64,000 nucleotides of DNA from Bugula neritina (taxonomy: Eukaryota > Animalia > Bryozoa). A model generated the notes under the pieces. The model saw only the letters and a list, made by a program, of their open reading frames with translations, was not told where the DNA came from and did not search any database. The DNA lies in assembly GCA_964035545.1 (NCBI GenBank), contig OZ037767.1:27854628-27918627 (forward strand). Reading direction: 5' to 3'. Of the stretch, positions 1-13,458 are shown piece after piece (within the stretch, counting starts at the first letter, position 1; every line of letters begins with the position of its first letter). Both the position numbers and the translations under genes were made by a program.

Positions 1-1061
1 GAGTACTTTTCTCTCTGGTGTTGAAGGGTTAGAGTTTGTAGAGGAAATTTTTCTTCTGGAGAGGGTAGGGCCAGGTTTGTCCTCGCTATGTCCCAATGAA
101 GACTTGATGACTGAAGGTGGACTTTGTCTATGTTCTAAGAAAGTACAGTAATCACCTTTATAACTCATGACTATGTATTCAAAATTTGTGTTACAACCTT
201 TCTCACAGAATTAAGTCTATGTGTAAGTTATGCTTTATAGTTTGCACAAAAAAGTTCAACTTTAATAACTATCTGATACTCATGCGATTTGACATTGTTT
301 CAAATAGCTACCCATGTCAATTCAAGGTGGTATTTCGACAGATATAATATTGCATTTGACTCTTTACTTGCACAACAAATTAAACTTCTTTCAACAATCA
401 AAAGTCTAGAATTATCAACATGATTTCTCCTCCCACATAGTAATAGTTGGTAAAGCCGAATGAAGGTAGACTGCTTACCTGAGATTGGTGAAGTTGGCAT
501 TGTAATCGGAGATCTGAATGTTACTTTTCTATCAAGAACTTCTTTCTGGAGAGATTTTCTTTGCACTTTATGGGTTGACTGAGAGAGAATGTGACTCTGG
601 TTAGCGGGATCATGCTTCTCTTTTGGTGGTACGGGTAGTGGTTTCGACTTGACTAGCGGGGATTCCCGCCTTTCTTCTGTCTTCTTTTTAGAGACTGAAT
701 ATCGATGTGGGTCACTAATAAAAATGTACTAGCCATAAATACGTCGTTAAAACTTGGTTATTTATTTTTCTGTAAGTTTTACTGGTGAAACTTCGACCTC
801 ATAGAAGCTTGGTTATTTTTTATTCTTTGGGTTTTACTGGTAAAACACCAAACATCAAACTGATTTGTGGTTATATTTCTTGATATGATACCTGTATGCA
901 CGCTGCCTCATTTCAGGCAGATCGTCTTCTCCACAACGCTGTATTGGTGGTAGAACCTGGTGGGGAGATAGTCGCTGACCGTCTAATAAGTGTGTGGTGG
1001 AGTATTTATGGGTATCTTGCAGCACATTGTTTTCCGGGATACATTCTAATGACCGAGACAT
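1..1061 (-). CDS. 5' part of an uncharacterised Ser/Pro/Lys-rich, probably disordered protein; gene runs off the window edge
   Basis: Three phase-compatible exons with GT-AG introns: 1061-892 (MSRSLECIPENN...RQRAY), 714-479 (SDPHRYSVSKKKTEERRESP...PTSPIS) and 134-1 (EHRQSPPSVIKSS...PERKST). An acceptor at 1088 lies upstream of the ATG, so the true start may be further upstream. No domain recognised. Confidence 0.7.
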
Positions 1062-2016
1062 TCCCACAGTGACACGCTTTGAAAACACTGCAATTCCGAT
1101 AAATTAAACTATACTCTCACTTACTGCGAATCTCTTGAGTTATATAGAACATATTTTCGTAAATTTGAAGCAACTAACGGTTGATTTTGTATAGGTAGGA
1201 AAGTTTGAAATTTCGAAATTTATTTTTGTATGGACAGGAAAGCTCCACTTATTTCATCACTGTTACATTATTAATTGTAAAGTAGAAACTACAAGCTTAA
1301 TTATGGAGCAGATATGATAAGAATTTGAAACATTGCCAACATTGTGAAACATTATAACATTATATTCCAGAAAGCTTTTGTAAGGTGATGAATACTTTAT
1401 GTCTTATGATCTGATAGTAAATACTATTGAATAGGTTTGTTAGTTCTTAATTATATTGATACAATTGATTGATTTGATGCGTGTGATTCATTGAAAAACT
1501 TAAATGATGATTAATAATTAATAGTATTTGGTAAAGTGCCAAATCTGATGAAAGAGCGCTTCACGTTATTTGGATAGTTGCCAGTGCATTCCTTTCTCAA
1601 AACTGGTCACATTGCGAACAGCTTTCGAGATTTCAAATAATATTTCAAAACTAATTTGACCAACTTGGGAATTTTTGTTTTACCTTTGGATTTGCTTGGA
1701 AAAGCTTCATAGACATCTGAGAGCTTGGGACTAATCAGATTTGACTTGGAGGGTGGTTTATGCCATGGTGGAGATTTATAGACTGTGATTTTTGGAATAT
1801 CCATTTCGGTAGTTTCAGGCTTTTTCTGAAAAAGAATAGTATACGTAAAATATTTTGCAAAGTACTTTGGAATACATGCAAGCCACAGCTGTTGAAACAG
1901 CAAAAAAGCAAATACAAACATGCAGTATCGCTGGCTACATCATGCATTATTTTGCAGTATTTGATTGCCTGAACTAACTACTGTATAAGCTATTGTATGC
2001 ATTTATTTAATGTATG

Positions 2017-2106
<90 letters not shown>
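2017..2106. repeat. (TA)n microsatellite
   Basis: About 90 bp of near-perfect TA dinucleotide. Confidence 0.97.
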
Positions 2107-2107
<1 letters not shown>

Positions 2108-2816
2108 CAATAGCAATTTCTTTAGTAGTTTAACATAAAATACTATAGAGTTTTTATTACTAAGATAATTTCGACCTCACCTAACCACGATAATAAAACA
2201 TCCTCAGAGAAAAATTGTACAGGCAGTGCTGTGTAACTAACGCATGTTTCACAAAACAAACCAACAAGTATAATACAGCTATAATACAGCACATTAGCAT
2301 ATGAGGTTCACACTTACACAAAATCTCAGGAGAGTGGTCTCTGCTTATAGATAATTAGATTTATCAAATTGTATTAATTAAAATCAATTTGAATTAGACC
2401 TACTCAACTCCTATCTGTTGTCTACTTCAGAATTCAATAATCATTATAGAAGGGGAAGTTCAACAGACTATCTCAAAGATTAGTGTATAAATAAAAGTCT
2501 AAAAATCCTAATAAAGAATGTGAATTGTCATACAAATTTCTTTGACCAATCAAGAAGCTGTTTTGAAAACTCAAATTTGTTGTCAGCCTGCAGAATTAAA
2601 GCAATGTCACTTTGTTGATAAAACATCTTACGTCATGAGTGTTAGGATGAGTAAGTCTTGATGTAAGAACTACATATTATAAGGAAGAGTGATAATGTAA
2701 TTTACATGACTTGTTATGAGGGTATTATGAAAATACAGCGTTATAATAGGATAGAATAAAGGCCATTGATCATGTGATGAGTATGCAGTGGTAGTGTCAC
2801 TAGACGTCACTCTGTC

Positions 2817-2910
2817 ACAAGTACTTGACATGTGACATGTATAGCTGTAAAACAAGTACTTGACATGTGACACGTATAGCCGTAATGTGGCAAGTACTTG
2901 ACAGGTGACA
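2817..2910. repeat. ~35-38 bp tandem repeat, about 2.5 copies
   Basis: CAAGTACTTGACA(T/G)GTGACA occurs three times. Confidence 0.85.
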
Positions 2911-5900
2911 AGTGAGTATTTAACAATTTACAGGTATGAAAAATGTCACAGGCAGCCAACATTATATAGTAAGTAACATAATTATAAACAACTTGCTATA
3001 AGATTGAATACATGTACAACCTTGAGGGTTTGAAATTTATTAGAGTAGTATAAGTTAAGTGGTATAGCATACATAAAAGATATCATATTTAAATATCTTT
3101 ATCTCAAGCTCTCTTGGTATATCGATTTCTAATCAGGGTTGCTCTAAATTTAGCCCTACACTGCTGTTGCATTCATACAAATGCATAAGAGTTAGTATAG
3201 CCTGCAAATAGCTATGTGTATTGTGGGGTTGAGCTAAAAAATTCAACTCTAAAGTCGTATTGATCAAAAAAATTTTTAAAACTAAAACAAAAAAATTATT
3301 TTACTTATAAATTTTAAGATAACCTTTGACCTAGCACACCGGTGTCATACTAGGTCAACATTGTTTTCAAACATCAAAGCTGATCTATGTAAATACATTT
3401 TAAAATAATAAAGAATCAAAACATAATTGTGCATGTAGCATGTAGCTCAATAAAAACCTTTTGCAAAAGATGATTTTTTTTAATAAGAAATGCAAGCATT
3501 TCATTAATTAATTATCACATTGTGTATTATATGTCAATCAGGCATTTTTAAAAAGACTTTATAATTATTATTTTTATAAAATTATGCAAGTATATAATAT
3601 ATACCAGTATCTACACTTAAACCTCCACCATGCAATAATAATTCTTACCTCTGCTAAAAAATACAAGTTAGACTCTGTGTATGTGCCATCAGCAACCATT
3701 CTTGAAAAATATTTAAATTGTTTTTCAGGCTTGTTTAGGAAGAGCTGTTGATAGACAAACTTGCTTAGCCAAACTCAATTTGTTAAATGAAACACGTGTT
3801 GATGAACTCATTTACAATAACATTATGGCCATGATGAATAAAACAATCACTTATGCAATCCGATAACAAAACATGTATCTGATACACAATAGCTTTTCAT
3901 TATATACATGTTGTGCATTGTATACAGATGTTTACGCTGACTAACCTCTTGCAAGCTGTAATATATCTGCTGTTCGTCAATAAGATAATATTACACAGCG
4001 TAGTTAGACTTGTCTTCTAATCACTTCTATCCAAACAGATGTAATGAAGTCTTTATTGCACAGAATTTTTCCCTACGGGTGATACAACCTAATTTTCTTA
4101 GATTTGTATCAACACAATTATATTACAAATAAAAATGCTGCTAAAATGACGTCAAGCTGGAAATTGGAGAGTTCCGTAGTAGTACAATCATCGTACGCTG
4201 ACCAACGGCTGTTGAAATGTGCATCAACATATTTACACAAGTTGTTGTATGAACGAATGTTTACTCTGTACACTTAGCTGACTTACTATTATTTAGTTTA
4301 ATCATGAAAGAAACAATCAGTGCTGCCAGGCTCCTTTGATGTCATATTCACGGTTACTAAATCATTTTAAAAGGATTAGATTTCTTAAATGAGACTGAAA
4401 ACTTTTTGTATTAAATTAGAGTCCAGAGGCATGTTTTTATAATGTTGCCATTGCGTTAATTGAAAGACAAAGGCAAACCTATTTGTTTTACTACGTATTT
4501 TCTGCCATGCATACAACTGCAGTAATAATAATATCAAGTCTTGTTATTCACTTATCAAAATTGAGAACAAAAAGTAACAGTTGCTTTAATATAGCAGCAA
4601 TACAGAATATATGTCAGATCTGTGTACCGTGGCACAAATTATTTCAAAGTAGTTCGTCATTGAATGCATGAATCAGCTGGACCCTAGACAAGCTGCAGCT
4701 ACCAGATTACTTGATAATGAAACTAATTTAACATTATTGTCACCCATGCAGTCTATCACAGAGCTCAATGTTATTAATTTTTGATAAAATCTGCATTGTT
4801 AACAAATATATGTCATACTTGTGTCACGCCAATAGGCAAGTATAAAAATAACCAATAAAGATAATTCAATTTGTTATATTTAAATGCATAAATTATTTTA
4901 CTATTCTTAAAAGCTAGAACACAAGTTTAATTTTTCGTTGCATATATATCTTAAAAATCGCATTGTGCAAGTAATAAATATATTGCATTATAATAAATTT
5001 TGCATATATGCTATTTGGACTAATACTTGAAAATGCAAGACAGTTCTATTTGTTTGGCTTGTAGGCTAAAGTGAAAACTGTATTATCAACTGTCATACAA
5101 ATATGCTACAAACATCATTATACATATTTGTTTACTACAAACTAATGCATCATCACATGCAGCTTGGGAAATCAAATCACTCTCTCATTCAATAAGCAGC
5201 CGTGGTAGTATGAATATACTTGTTATGCTCAACTTCAACTAAAGATAGTTAACTGGTTTATAGATAATGCAATAATATATTGTATAATGTACAGATTACG
5301 GACAGTTCTGATAAATCTAAAACTGCATAATAAGCCCTTTACTATTTTGTTTTTCACATAACTATGTTTTTAACCTTATGCGTCTAATGGCAGCTCTTTA
5401 ACTGCACTCCGACTAAAAAGTCACCTATATATAAGTGTATGAGAAAAGTAAGTTGAATTGTCTTCCTCAACTAAGAAACATGCTTGTAAAAATACTAAAA
5501 AGCTAAGCACAATTTTATCAGATACTATGCAACCAGTTTAGGGTAGTTGTATGATAAAATGTGCTAACATTTCAGATAATAATTGTTGGGGGCAAAACTT
5601 CTGCTACATGTTAACAAAATAAAACTAATATAAAAACCTCTTTAAAACTTCAACATTTTTAGATGCTCTTATTAGTTAACTCAGCCATAAATATATTTCA
5701 ATGGCAGGTTTAGTATATCAAATAAGCCTATTGGACTTCATTATTTGGCACAATCACTGTTGAAACTTTTGGGTACTATTATTTTTTTTACATATAATTG
5801 ACGCTAACTTGCCATTGTCGCCGTAGTGAATATACCAATGGAAAGATAAATCCGCTTTCAACATGTGAGTATTCCGGCTTTAGTCTCTAAATTATAGAAC

Positions 5901-5999
5901 TTAGGCTATCTCAATTTCTCCACTACTGCTCCCAAATGCTAATCAACATGCTGTAAGGCACTGAACTGGCAAAGATATTTTTAGTTCAGTGCTGTAGGG

Positions 6000-7085
6000 T
6001 ACTATTTTTTCTACTACTACTACTAGTACTACTAACTTTTGAGCAAGTTACTCCACCGACCCTCAGACTCAGGTAACTCTATGTAATTAAAGGGTTGCTA
6101 GTCAAACTCACTAGTTATTCATCTTGATAGTAAATATTTAGTCCTAACTACTACTACTAGTACTAGTACTACTAGTACTAAGTCTTAAAATCAAACTCAA
6201 AATGTGTTCTCTGATTCATTAATTTAATAATGGTTGTAATAATTAAAATTATATCTAATTGAATTAGGTATAATTTTAATAGAATTACTATTAGTAATTC
6301 TATTGCCTATTCTATTGACATTGGCCTTGGGATTTACAGTAACTATCACTATCACTATGACTATGAGTATCACTATCAGTATGACCATCAGTATGAGTAT
6401 TACATTAACATTTTGATTTAGTTTTACAATTACTATCAGCATGCTATCACTAACAGTAACACTAACAGTAACTGTGTTACTATTAGAAATAATTAGTATT
6501 ACCATTTATTTTATCTAGACTATTACTGTTAGTGTTGGTATTACCATTAGTATTACTATTACTATTAGACTTACTCTTTATATTAACTATTAATATTATA
6601 ATGAGTAATTAGTATTAGTCACTATTACGTTTACTTTTACTTTGAATTTTACTATACCAATTGTATTTGTAATCATAGTGATAGTCTTAGTGATACTGCT
6701 GCCATAAGTATAAGTATTACACCATCGAACCATAAATTTACCATAAGTATAACCCCTATTAAGAAGGTTTAGCTAATTGTTACACTAAATACTAAATAGT
6801 AAATTATAAAATTAAATATTTGATATTTATTTTATAATACTTATTAGACTTAGTTATTACTATTACTATTAGTATTTCTATTAGATTGAATAATTAGAAA
6901 ATGATTATGATAACGTTGTAATTTTCTATAACTAAAAGTTGTACTAATTCAAAATCAATTGTACGCTAAAAGTAAATAGCAAAAGATTTTTTTATAGTTT
7001 GAATTTAACTTTTCAAAAATATTAGGAAATATTAGTACTAATAGTAATAGTAATTGTGATACTAATAGTAATTTTAGTAGTTAGT
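6000..7085. other. 3/6-nt periodic A[CG]T-A[AT]N tract in the inferred 5'-UTR intron of DNLZ
   Basis: For example actatc-actatc-actatg-actatg-agtatc-actatc-agtatg-accatc-agtatg-agtatt at ~6342-6401. Bounded by a donor CAG|GTAACT at 6073 and an acceptor TTTTAG at 7132. Confidence 0.8.
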
Positions 7086-7158
7086 CTTGGGTAACTTCTT
7101 TTATCTGTCACCTTGCTTACTGGCTATTTTAGATTATAATCACTTGGAATAGTTTGAA

Positions 7159-7890
7159 ATGGGTTCAACTGGAATATGGAGAAAATACTATCGCCAAATT
7201 CCTGTTTTAAGGCGATGTGTAGCATCTCTCACAAAGTATCATCTAGAAACACACCCAGCTATCTCTAGAACGCCAGTTTATAACTATAAGCATGGTCTTC
7301 ACACAACCTGCAAATTTTACCAGACGAATGATATTTCTACATCTTCAACAGTTCAGCATAAACTTGGCAAGCAGGCGGCAAGAATGGCAATCATATTCAC
7401 CTGCAAAATTTGCAACGAGCGCCAAACTAAAACATTCTCGAAACTAGCATACAACAAAGGGGTGGTGATAGTCGAATGTCAAAGCTGTAAGAATAGACAT
7501 CTTATTGCAGACAATCTCGGATGGTTTAATCATGTCGATGCAAGGTAACATTATATGCTATGTTAGAAAAACGTTCATTATCTATCAGATTATGAGATAA
7601 ATGCTTATAGCCAGTTGACAATATATGAAAGTAAAGTATAGCAAAATATTTAAAGTAGCACACCTCTAGGGGTGTTACAGTACTGCACGATGAGCATACT
7701 CATTTTATATGAAGTAAAGAATTGAAACATGGTTGATTCTATTCAATTGCATAGAGATTAAATTGCCCTCAATATCAGTGTTTATTTTAGAAATATAGAA
7801 GAAATTATGAAAGAAAAGGGTGAAACAGTTAAAAGATATGTATCTGATAACTTATTAGATATTGAGTCAACAGAAGCTACACAGGTATAA
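7159..7890 (+). CDS. DNLZ: DNL-type zinc finger protein (mtHsp70 escort protein, Tim15/Zim17/Hep1)
   Basis: Exons 7159-7544 and 7791-7890. Motifs FTCKIC...FSKLAYNKGVVIVECQSCKNRHLIADNLGWF then RNIEEIMKEKGE. The basic N-terminus resembles a mitochondrial presequence. Confidence 0.95.
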
Positions 7891-7902
7891 AATAAATTTA
7901 TT
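7891..7902. terminator. Palindromic, bidirectional poly(A) signal candidate AATAAATTTATT
   Basis: AATAAA on + directly follows the DNLZ stop, and AATAAA on - (7897-7902) lies downstream of the convergent CHORDC1 stop. Confidence 0.5.
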
Positions 7903-8387
7903 AATTTTGCTTAGCATATTTTAAAATTTATTTTGTGTTCATCATGTTAACACTTTAAAACCTAGATTTGTAAAGTAGCATACAATTTGTAAAGTAGCAT
8001 ACAGTGTAGAAAGTGCTTCAGATGCAAAGTATTCTGATTGAGTACAGTTTGGTCCTGCTTCTAGCAAGTAAATTCAGAACTGAATTATCTAAATTAACTT
8101 TAACAAAAATCAAAACACTTGTACTGCTCGTTAAAAAATCTACAATATTGTACAATTGGCAAAAACAGAAAACTAAAAGCTGTCTGATCTGTTTTATCTA
8201 CTTGTTACTTGTAGACATAACAAACTGGATGCAACCCACATTGTTCAGTCAACTAATTTCACTATAAAGTGCAAAAGTTGTTAGACAGTATAGCCAGACA
8301 ATGTAAAGGTTTCATAATAGCCATGGAAATTGGTGTCCAAGTGCAGTCACCAATAGGCCTCTGTGGAAATGGTTGTCATCAAAGCTG

Positions 8388-11300
8388 CTATGAACCTTGA
8401 CTGTGGTCGCCAGCTTGAGATTCATACTGCAGCTTGCCCCAGCTTACAGGCTCAGCTTTTTTAAGTATAATCTCAACCTTGGATCCCAAAAGCTTGACAC
8501 AGCTTTTTCCAATATCAATTATCTAAAACATGAGTAAATACCATCATTTGTTTCCATGGGAGTTATCTGATCCTGTCCTAGGTATATATATGAAAAGAAA
8601 AGCAAAATTGCTAAGAAGTGTCATCTACCAAATAGCTCATAGCTGTCATAGCAAGAAATTTTATTGCAGAAAATTTCATTAATATAATAATTAAAAGTTT
8701 TAATTGAAGTTTATATTTTTTTAACTACAAAGTAGTACTTACTCCATTCAACTCTAGCCATTGGGAGTATATTTTATCATCTTCATATACAATAAATATA
8801 TCAACAGACACTTGGTTTACTTTGACTATAGTTTTTGTTGGATCTGCACACTTTGCAAACACAGAAATAGTAACGTTACTTCCTGTTTGGTGCCAATCCA
8901 TTCGACAATTGTTACGCTGCACAGTTTCCTACAATATAAGTTTTATAATAATATGTTATTCGAATTATGCAAATATATTAGTCTCAAGATTGACACACTA
9001 TACTCTAATTACACAATAATATTCACGCACAGATTTATCACCATCAACACAGTGGTAGTTAGCATAGGTAATGAGTTTGCCCATTGTGCATTAGGTCTGA
9101 GGTTTGAATCCTACTGAGACCTTAGTGGTAGTCAGAGAGAGTATCCGGTGTTCACCCATTCACAGTTTTAATTGTACTTTAAATTAAAAAACCCAAAAGA
9201 TTTGAGTAGTTATCAAAATTTAGGCCATAAATATGTACAACAATAAGACAGTTACATGTAAACAATGTATGTTGAGTATAACATACCTTCATAGCAACCC
9301 AATTATGCTTGCCAGTTTCACATCCTTGTTGTTCCAAAAATTTATCAAACTCCGTAGTTTTTCTTTGGCAGCATGACCAATATTTTAACCTAAATTATTT
9401 TATGAATTCCAATTTCTAATACCTCAATAAAAATAATATCAACATAGCAACTTACTAAATCTTTTTTACATTCTGTACGAAATACATTATTGAACATTAA
9501 ACACTTGAAGAAAATGATTTTTGTGTCAACCAACTATATCTTTTAAAATGCATGTTAACTACATATGTTGGAAAAAGAACAATGGGGAGGGAAAGACAAT
9601 TTCTATTTCAAATTGATGTGACCTCTTGGAATAGAAAGATATGATTAGGCAATACTAACCCCTCATGAAATACTGGCACTCCAGGGTGATACAAACACTC
9701 AGTTTCATTCGAGGAAGTCCCTTCATAACGAGCCTGGCAACTTTTATTCTTACAGGCTGTACCAATTTCTATTTCGCTATCAGGCCCTGCAATGTGTCAT
9801 GGAAGTTTTAATAATATACTAATTAATAATAATATAATACTCTAGAGTCTAGAAAGAAAGTGAAGCTGGTGAAAAATGATTACCTTTGTCAGTCGACTTC
9901 ATTTCCTGAACGGATAAATTAGCTAGCCTTTGTTCCAAAGCTCGTTTAAGAGTAGTTCCAATTGTATTTGCAAGAGTTGTCAAAGGTTCATTCACGTCCG
10001 GTCTTGCAGATCTTTCAACAGGCTTAGGTGGAGGGCCTTTGATAACTAGTTCATCTGGTAGAGGTTGACTCTGTACTTTAGGTGCAGGTGCTGGTTTTTC
10101 ATTACTATGAAAGCCATATGTGCAGCCCTAACAATGTGAGAGCGGTACGATAACAAGCCACAAGGTAAACAATTCAGAACACTTAGGCTAATTTAGAACC
10201 TCAAGATTGGCTACAAGAAGGCTAAATAATTCTTAAGATTTTTGCATTTGTAAAATATAGTTTAAGGCTTGAAGAAGAAAAACATCAATTTTTGAGGGTA
10301 ATTAAATTTTTTTCTATAGCTCAACCAGCTTTTAAAATAATGCCCATTTCTTTCTTTTTTTTCATTCTTCACAGTTTCCGAAATTAAATAATAATTGAAA
10401 TATTACTTTTTATATGTAAACTCTATCACTCTAACATATTTCCTATGCCACAAGTTATGTATTGTTAATATAACTATTAGCTGTACTGAATAATATTATA
10501 TGCACCCAATAATGCTATGCTGTCCATCAACATGTATAAAGCATTTTTTGATACTTTTAAGTGAAGAGAAATCTGTAAAGCAATACCAAATTTTCTTTGA
10601 ACAAAACTCTAGAGTGTAATATTTTCTTAGACGGGAGAAACTTTTGACTTGCAAACAAATTAACATGTACAAGAACTCAAGAAAATGTAGACCATTATTA
10701 AGCACAAGAAGATTTTGATTTGTGAACCCTTCAATTATACTATTTGGTTTAACTTCATGATTTTATACACTAAATTGCTATCTTTGTATTGTAAAAAATT
10801 GATGTAATACAAAAAATTATCGTGTAACACTAACTGGCATATCTAAGAAGACTGAAAAGTCTGTGCTTTTCTTCTCACAACAACTCCAGCTTTTTAGAGC
10901 ATCATGGAAGACAGGGACCCCTGGGTGGTACTGGCATGAGTCTGAAATAATTGCACTATAAGAAGTTAAAGTACTGTGAAACATAGCTTGCATTTCTTGT
11001 TTAAATAATTACAGTGCATATTCTTTCATGGAAACAAAAGTTCAAATTTTCTGGCCTAGTTAACTTTCATGGTGTATGTTTCAACAACTAAATTCAAGTT
11101 GGCAATAAAATGAACATGTGAATGAAAAAATTAATTATTATGTATAGTATTACGTCTACTAATATAGGCTTTTGATACGCTTATAAGCTAAACTATTATA
11201 GTGCGAGGGCTGCTAATAGAAAAAATTGATAGATCACTATAAGCAACTATTTATGATAAAAAATGAAAAAGTTTTTTAAGGTATAACAACTTAACCTTGG

Positions 11301-11929
11301 TTTCAAAACTGACCATGATACAGTTACACATCTTGGTACACTTAATCTTCTACTTCTAGACATAAAATAAAAGTATGGTGACAAAGAGTTGATATTTGAT
11401 TTAATAAAAAATTATCGATTGATATTGAATTCAATAAAAATATTTATTTTTAATAGTGATAGTAATTTATTAATATAACATATTTTTTGATACTATTGAT
11501 CTATAAATTTATGATGTAATAAAAATATGAAAATATCTGTATACCAGTGTAGTATCTCATTTTATTCTTTTAAATTTAATAGTATTTAATTTTAAATATA
11601 GTTATAATACTAAGAGTTGGTCTAATACTAATAGTAGTACAAATAGTAATAGAGTAAATTTATTATTAATAGTAATACCAATATTAATAGTAATACTAAT
11701 AGTAATACTAATAGTAATACTAATAGCAAACAATGTCATGTAAAAACTAGAAGTGTAGAAAATTAGAGCGGATTAAGCAACAGCAATGCAATATTATTAT
11801 GAATATAAAATTAGTCTTGCAAAGTTTATGTTTTTCAATAAAAATAAACAAACCTGCTGTGTTTTCAGCACATATATAAACTTTCCCACATCCTTTCCTG
11901 TAGCACTGAAGTTCAGTAGTCGTAGACAT
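8388..11929 (-). CDS. CHORDC1: Cysteine and histidine-rich domain protein (CHORD-CHORD-CS; morgana/CHP-1), Hsp90 co-chaperone
   Basis: Seven phase-consistent exons: 11929-11854, 10941-10835, 10127-9884, 9786-9660, 9389-9287, 8928-8743, 8522-8388. CHORD1 is CYRKGCG...[20 protein letters not shown]...TDFSVFL...GCTYGFH. CHORD2 is CKNKSC...[20 protein letters not shown]...GCETGKH. CS domain is CRMDWHQT...[17 protein letters not shown]. Confidence 0.96.
9055..9150 (+). mobile_element. Degenerate tRNA-derived (SINE-like) fragment in a CHORDC1 intron
   Basis: A-box-like TAGCATAGGTAATG (~9060) and B-box-like GGTTTGAATCC (9101-9111) at tRNA-like spacing; no intact cloverleaf. Confidence 0.45.
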
Positions 11930-12070
11930 AGCTTGAGTGAGCCTGATAGACGATAGTGATACTGATAGTATTAGTAATAGTGTTAGTGCTACTGAATGAG
12001 AATCTGATACTGAGTTTGATAGTGACTGTGATGGCAGCAGAGACTGGCAAAGACTAATAATATTAATAAA
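11590..12070. other. Periodic ANT tracts flanking CHORDC1 exon 1 (intron 1 at ~11590-11730 and upstream at ~11940-12070)
   Basis: aatagtaatactaatagtaatactaatagtaatact; gatagtgatactgatagtattagtaatagtgttagtgctact. Confidence 0.65.
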
Positions 12071-13458
12071 AATTTTTTTTAATTTGAATGACTCAAACGT
12101 AATGAAACTTTATTTAGTTTTTCGACTGCCAAATACAGTAACTACAATTAATTTAAATTTTGGCTAGTATAAATTAGAATTCAACTACTTTTAGAGTCTA
12201 TAGTCACTAACTCAACCTGTAGGAAATTGAGAAAGTTCTATTGACAAATGTTTTAATAGGAATCGCTAGGCCAAGAATAAAGTGTTGGCATTGAACTAGA
12301 ACTACGAAGTATAGTTCATCGAATGTTAGTTTTATTTGAGAAGACAACTTTCGTAGTTTGCTTGACCAGAAAATTGATAATTTCCTTTTACTCTTCACCA
12401 ACGCAAAGGGATGTACTTTAATCAACATAATTGAAATAATCCTGGATTAAAAAGCAATTTGGAGACAGCAAGCTTCTGCCTTGGACAACAGAATTCAGAG
12501 CTGAGATAGTGCTAAAAATCTAAATGGCTTAAAATTGTGTTGAGTTTTTGGATCAATATGCAACCAAGCTGAAATTATACCAACTGTTTCAAAAAAGCAC
12601 ATGTATGCGACATTTTTTACCAAGAACCTGCAAGTTGCATAAGCTACAGCAGTATGAAGTGCAAGCTACTAATTGATATTGTCATCAAGAACCTTATAGC
12701 ACATGGTACAATGTAGCAGGTTTGTGATCTACCAGAAATTTGGAATTTAGCAAATTTTTTCTTGCTATGTGCAAGTATACTACCAATATAATAATACAAC
12801 ACAGTGTGAACATTTATTGAAAGAGAAAAAAACTTGCTAGTTTATAATACTTTATTACTGTATAAAGTTGCAGAAAACAACTAATAGAACAACACCTTTC
12901 GCGTGAAAAATTAGCATTACAATTAGAATCAGCAAAAAGAATCAAGAATCAATATAATCAAAAGATATTATATAAGTATTTTATTTACAACAGGTAGCTA
13001 ATATACATAAATCAATCAATACACAATAATTGTCACACATAGATATTTATACTATAATTGCCAACATATTATGTAAGGTGTTTCCACGGCTGTTATATCG
13101 ACCAAGCCAACAGCAAATATAACCCTTTATAGCAGGACACCACATAGCCAAAGTGCCAAATTCATCATCAAGGATCACTGAAACAAGAGTACATACTGCA
13201 CAGCAACGTATAAAAGCAGAAAATAGAAACTTCATTTTATGTTCAACTATAAGTGATGTTCATCAGCGAAAAGATGCCAACAATTTAAAACTTTTAGACA
13301 TGTACATGAGCAAATGGAGGTATCTTTCATACCAGTTTCAAGTGAATGTTATGTAAAATATGAAGCAAGACTGCACTGATTAAATGTTAGTAGAAATATG
13401 CAAAGTCGATTGTAAAACTTACCCGTAGTTAAACATATAACAGACTACCCATCTTTAC

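Noticed and set aside
1384-1414. Box C/D snoRNA-like GTGATGA...CTGA
   Set aside because: The boxes are only ~30 nt apart with no terminal stem; no convincing intronic snoRNA was found by eye.
1607-1972. Cluster of three overlapping short ORFs
   Set aside because: No motifs, no consistent splice sites, AT-rich background.
6224-6505. Hydrophobic Ile/Val-rich ORF (also 18453-18710 and 18564-18842)
   Set aside because: Translation artefacts of the periodic ANT tracts; no splice or homology support.
9055-9121. Functional tRNA gene
   Set aside because: A- and B-box-like motifs only; acceptor and anticodon stems do not pair convincingly. Kept as a SINE-like remnant.
12230-12240. Heat-shock element upstream of CHORDC1 (aGAAagTTCt)
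   Set aside because: Only two nGAAn units in register; a canonical HSE needs three.
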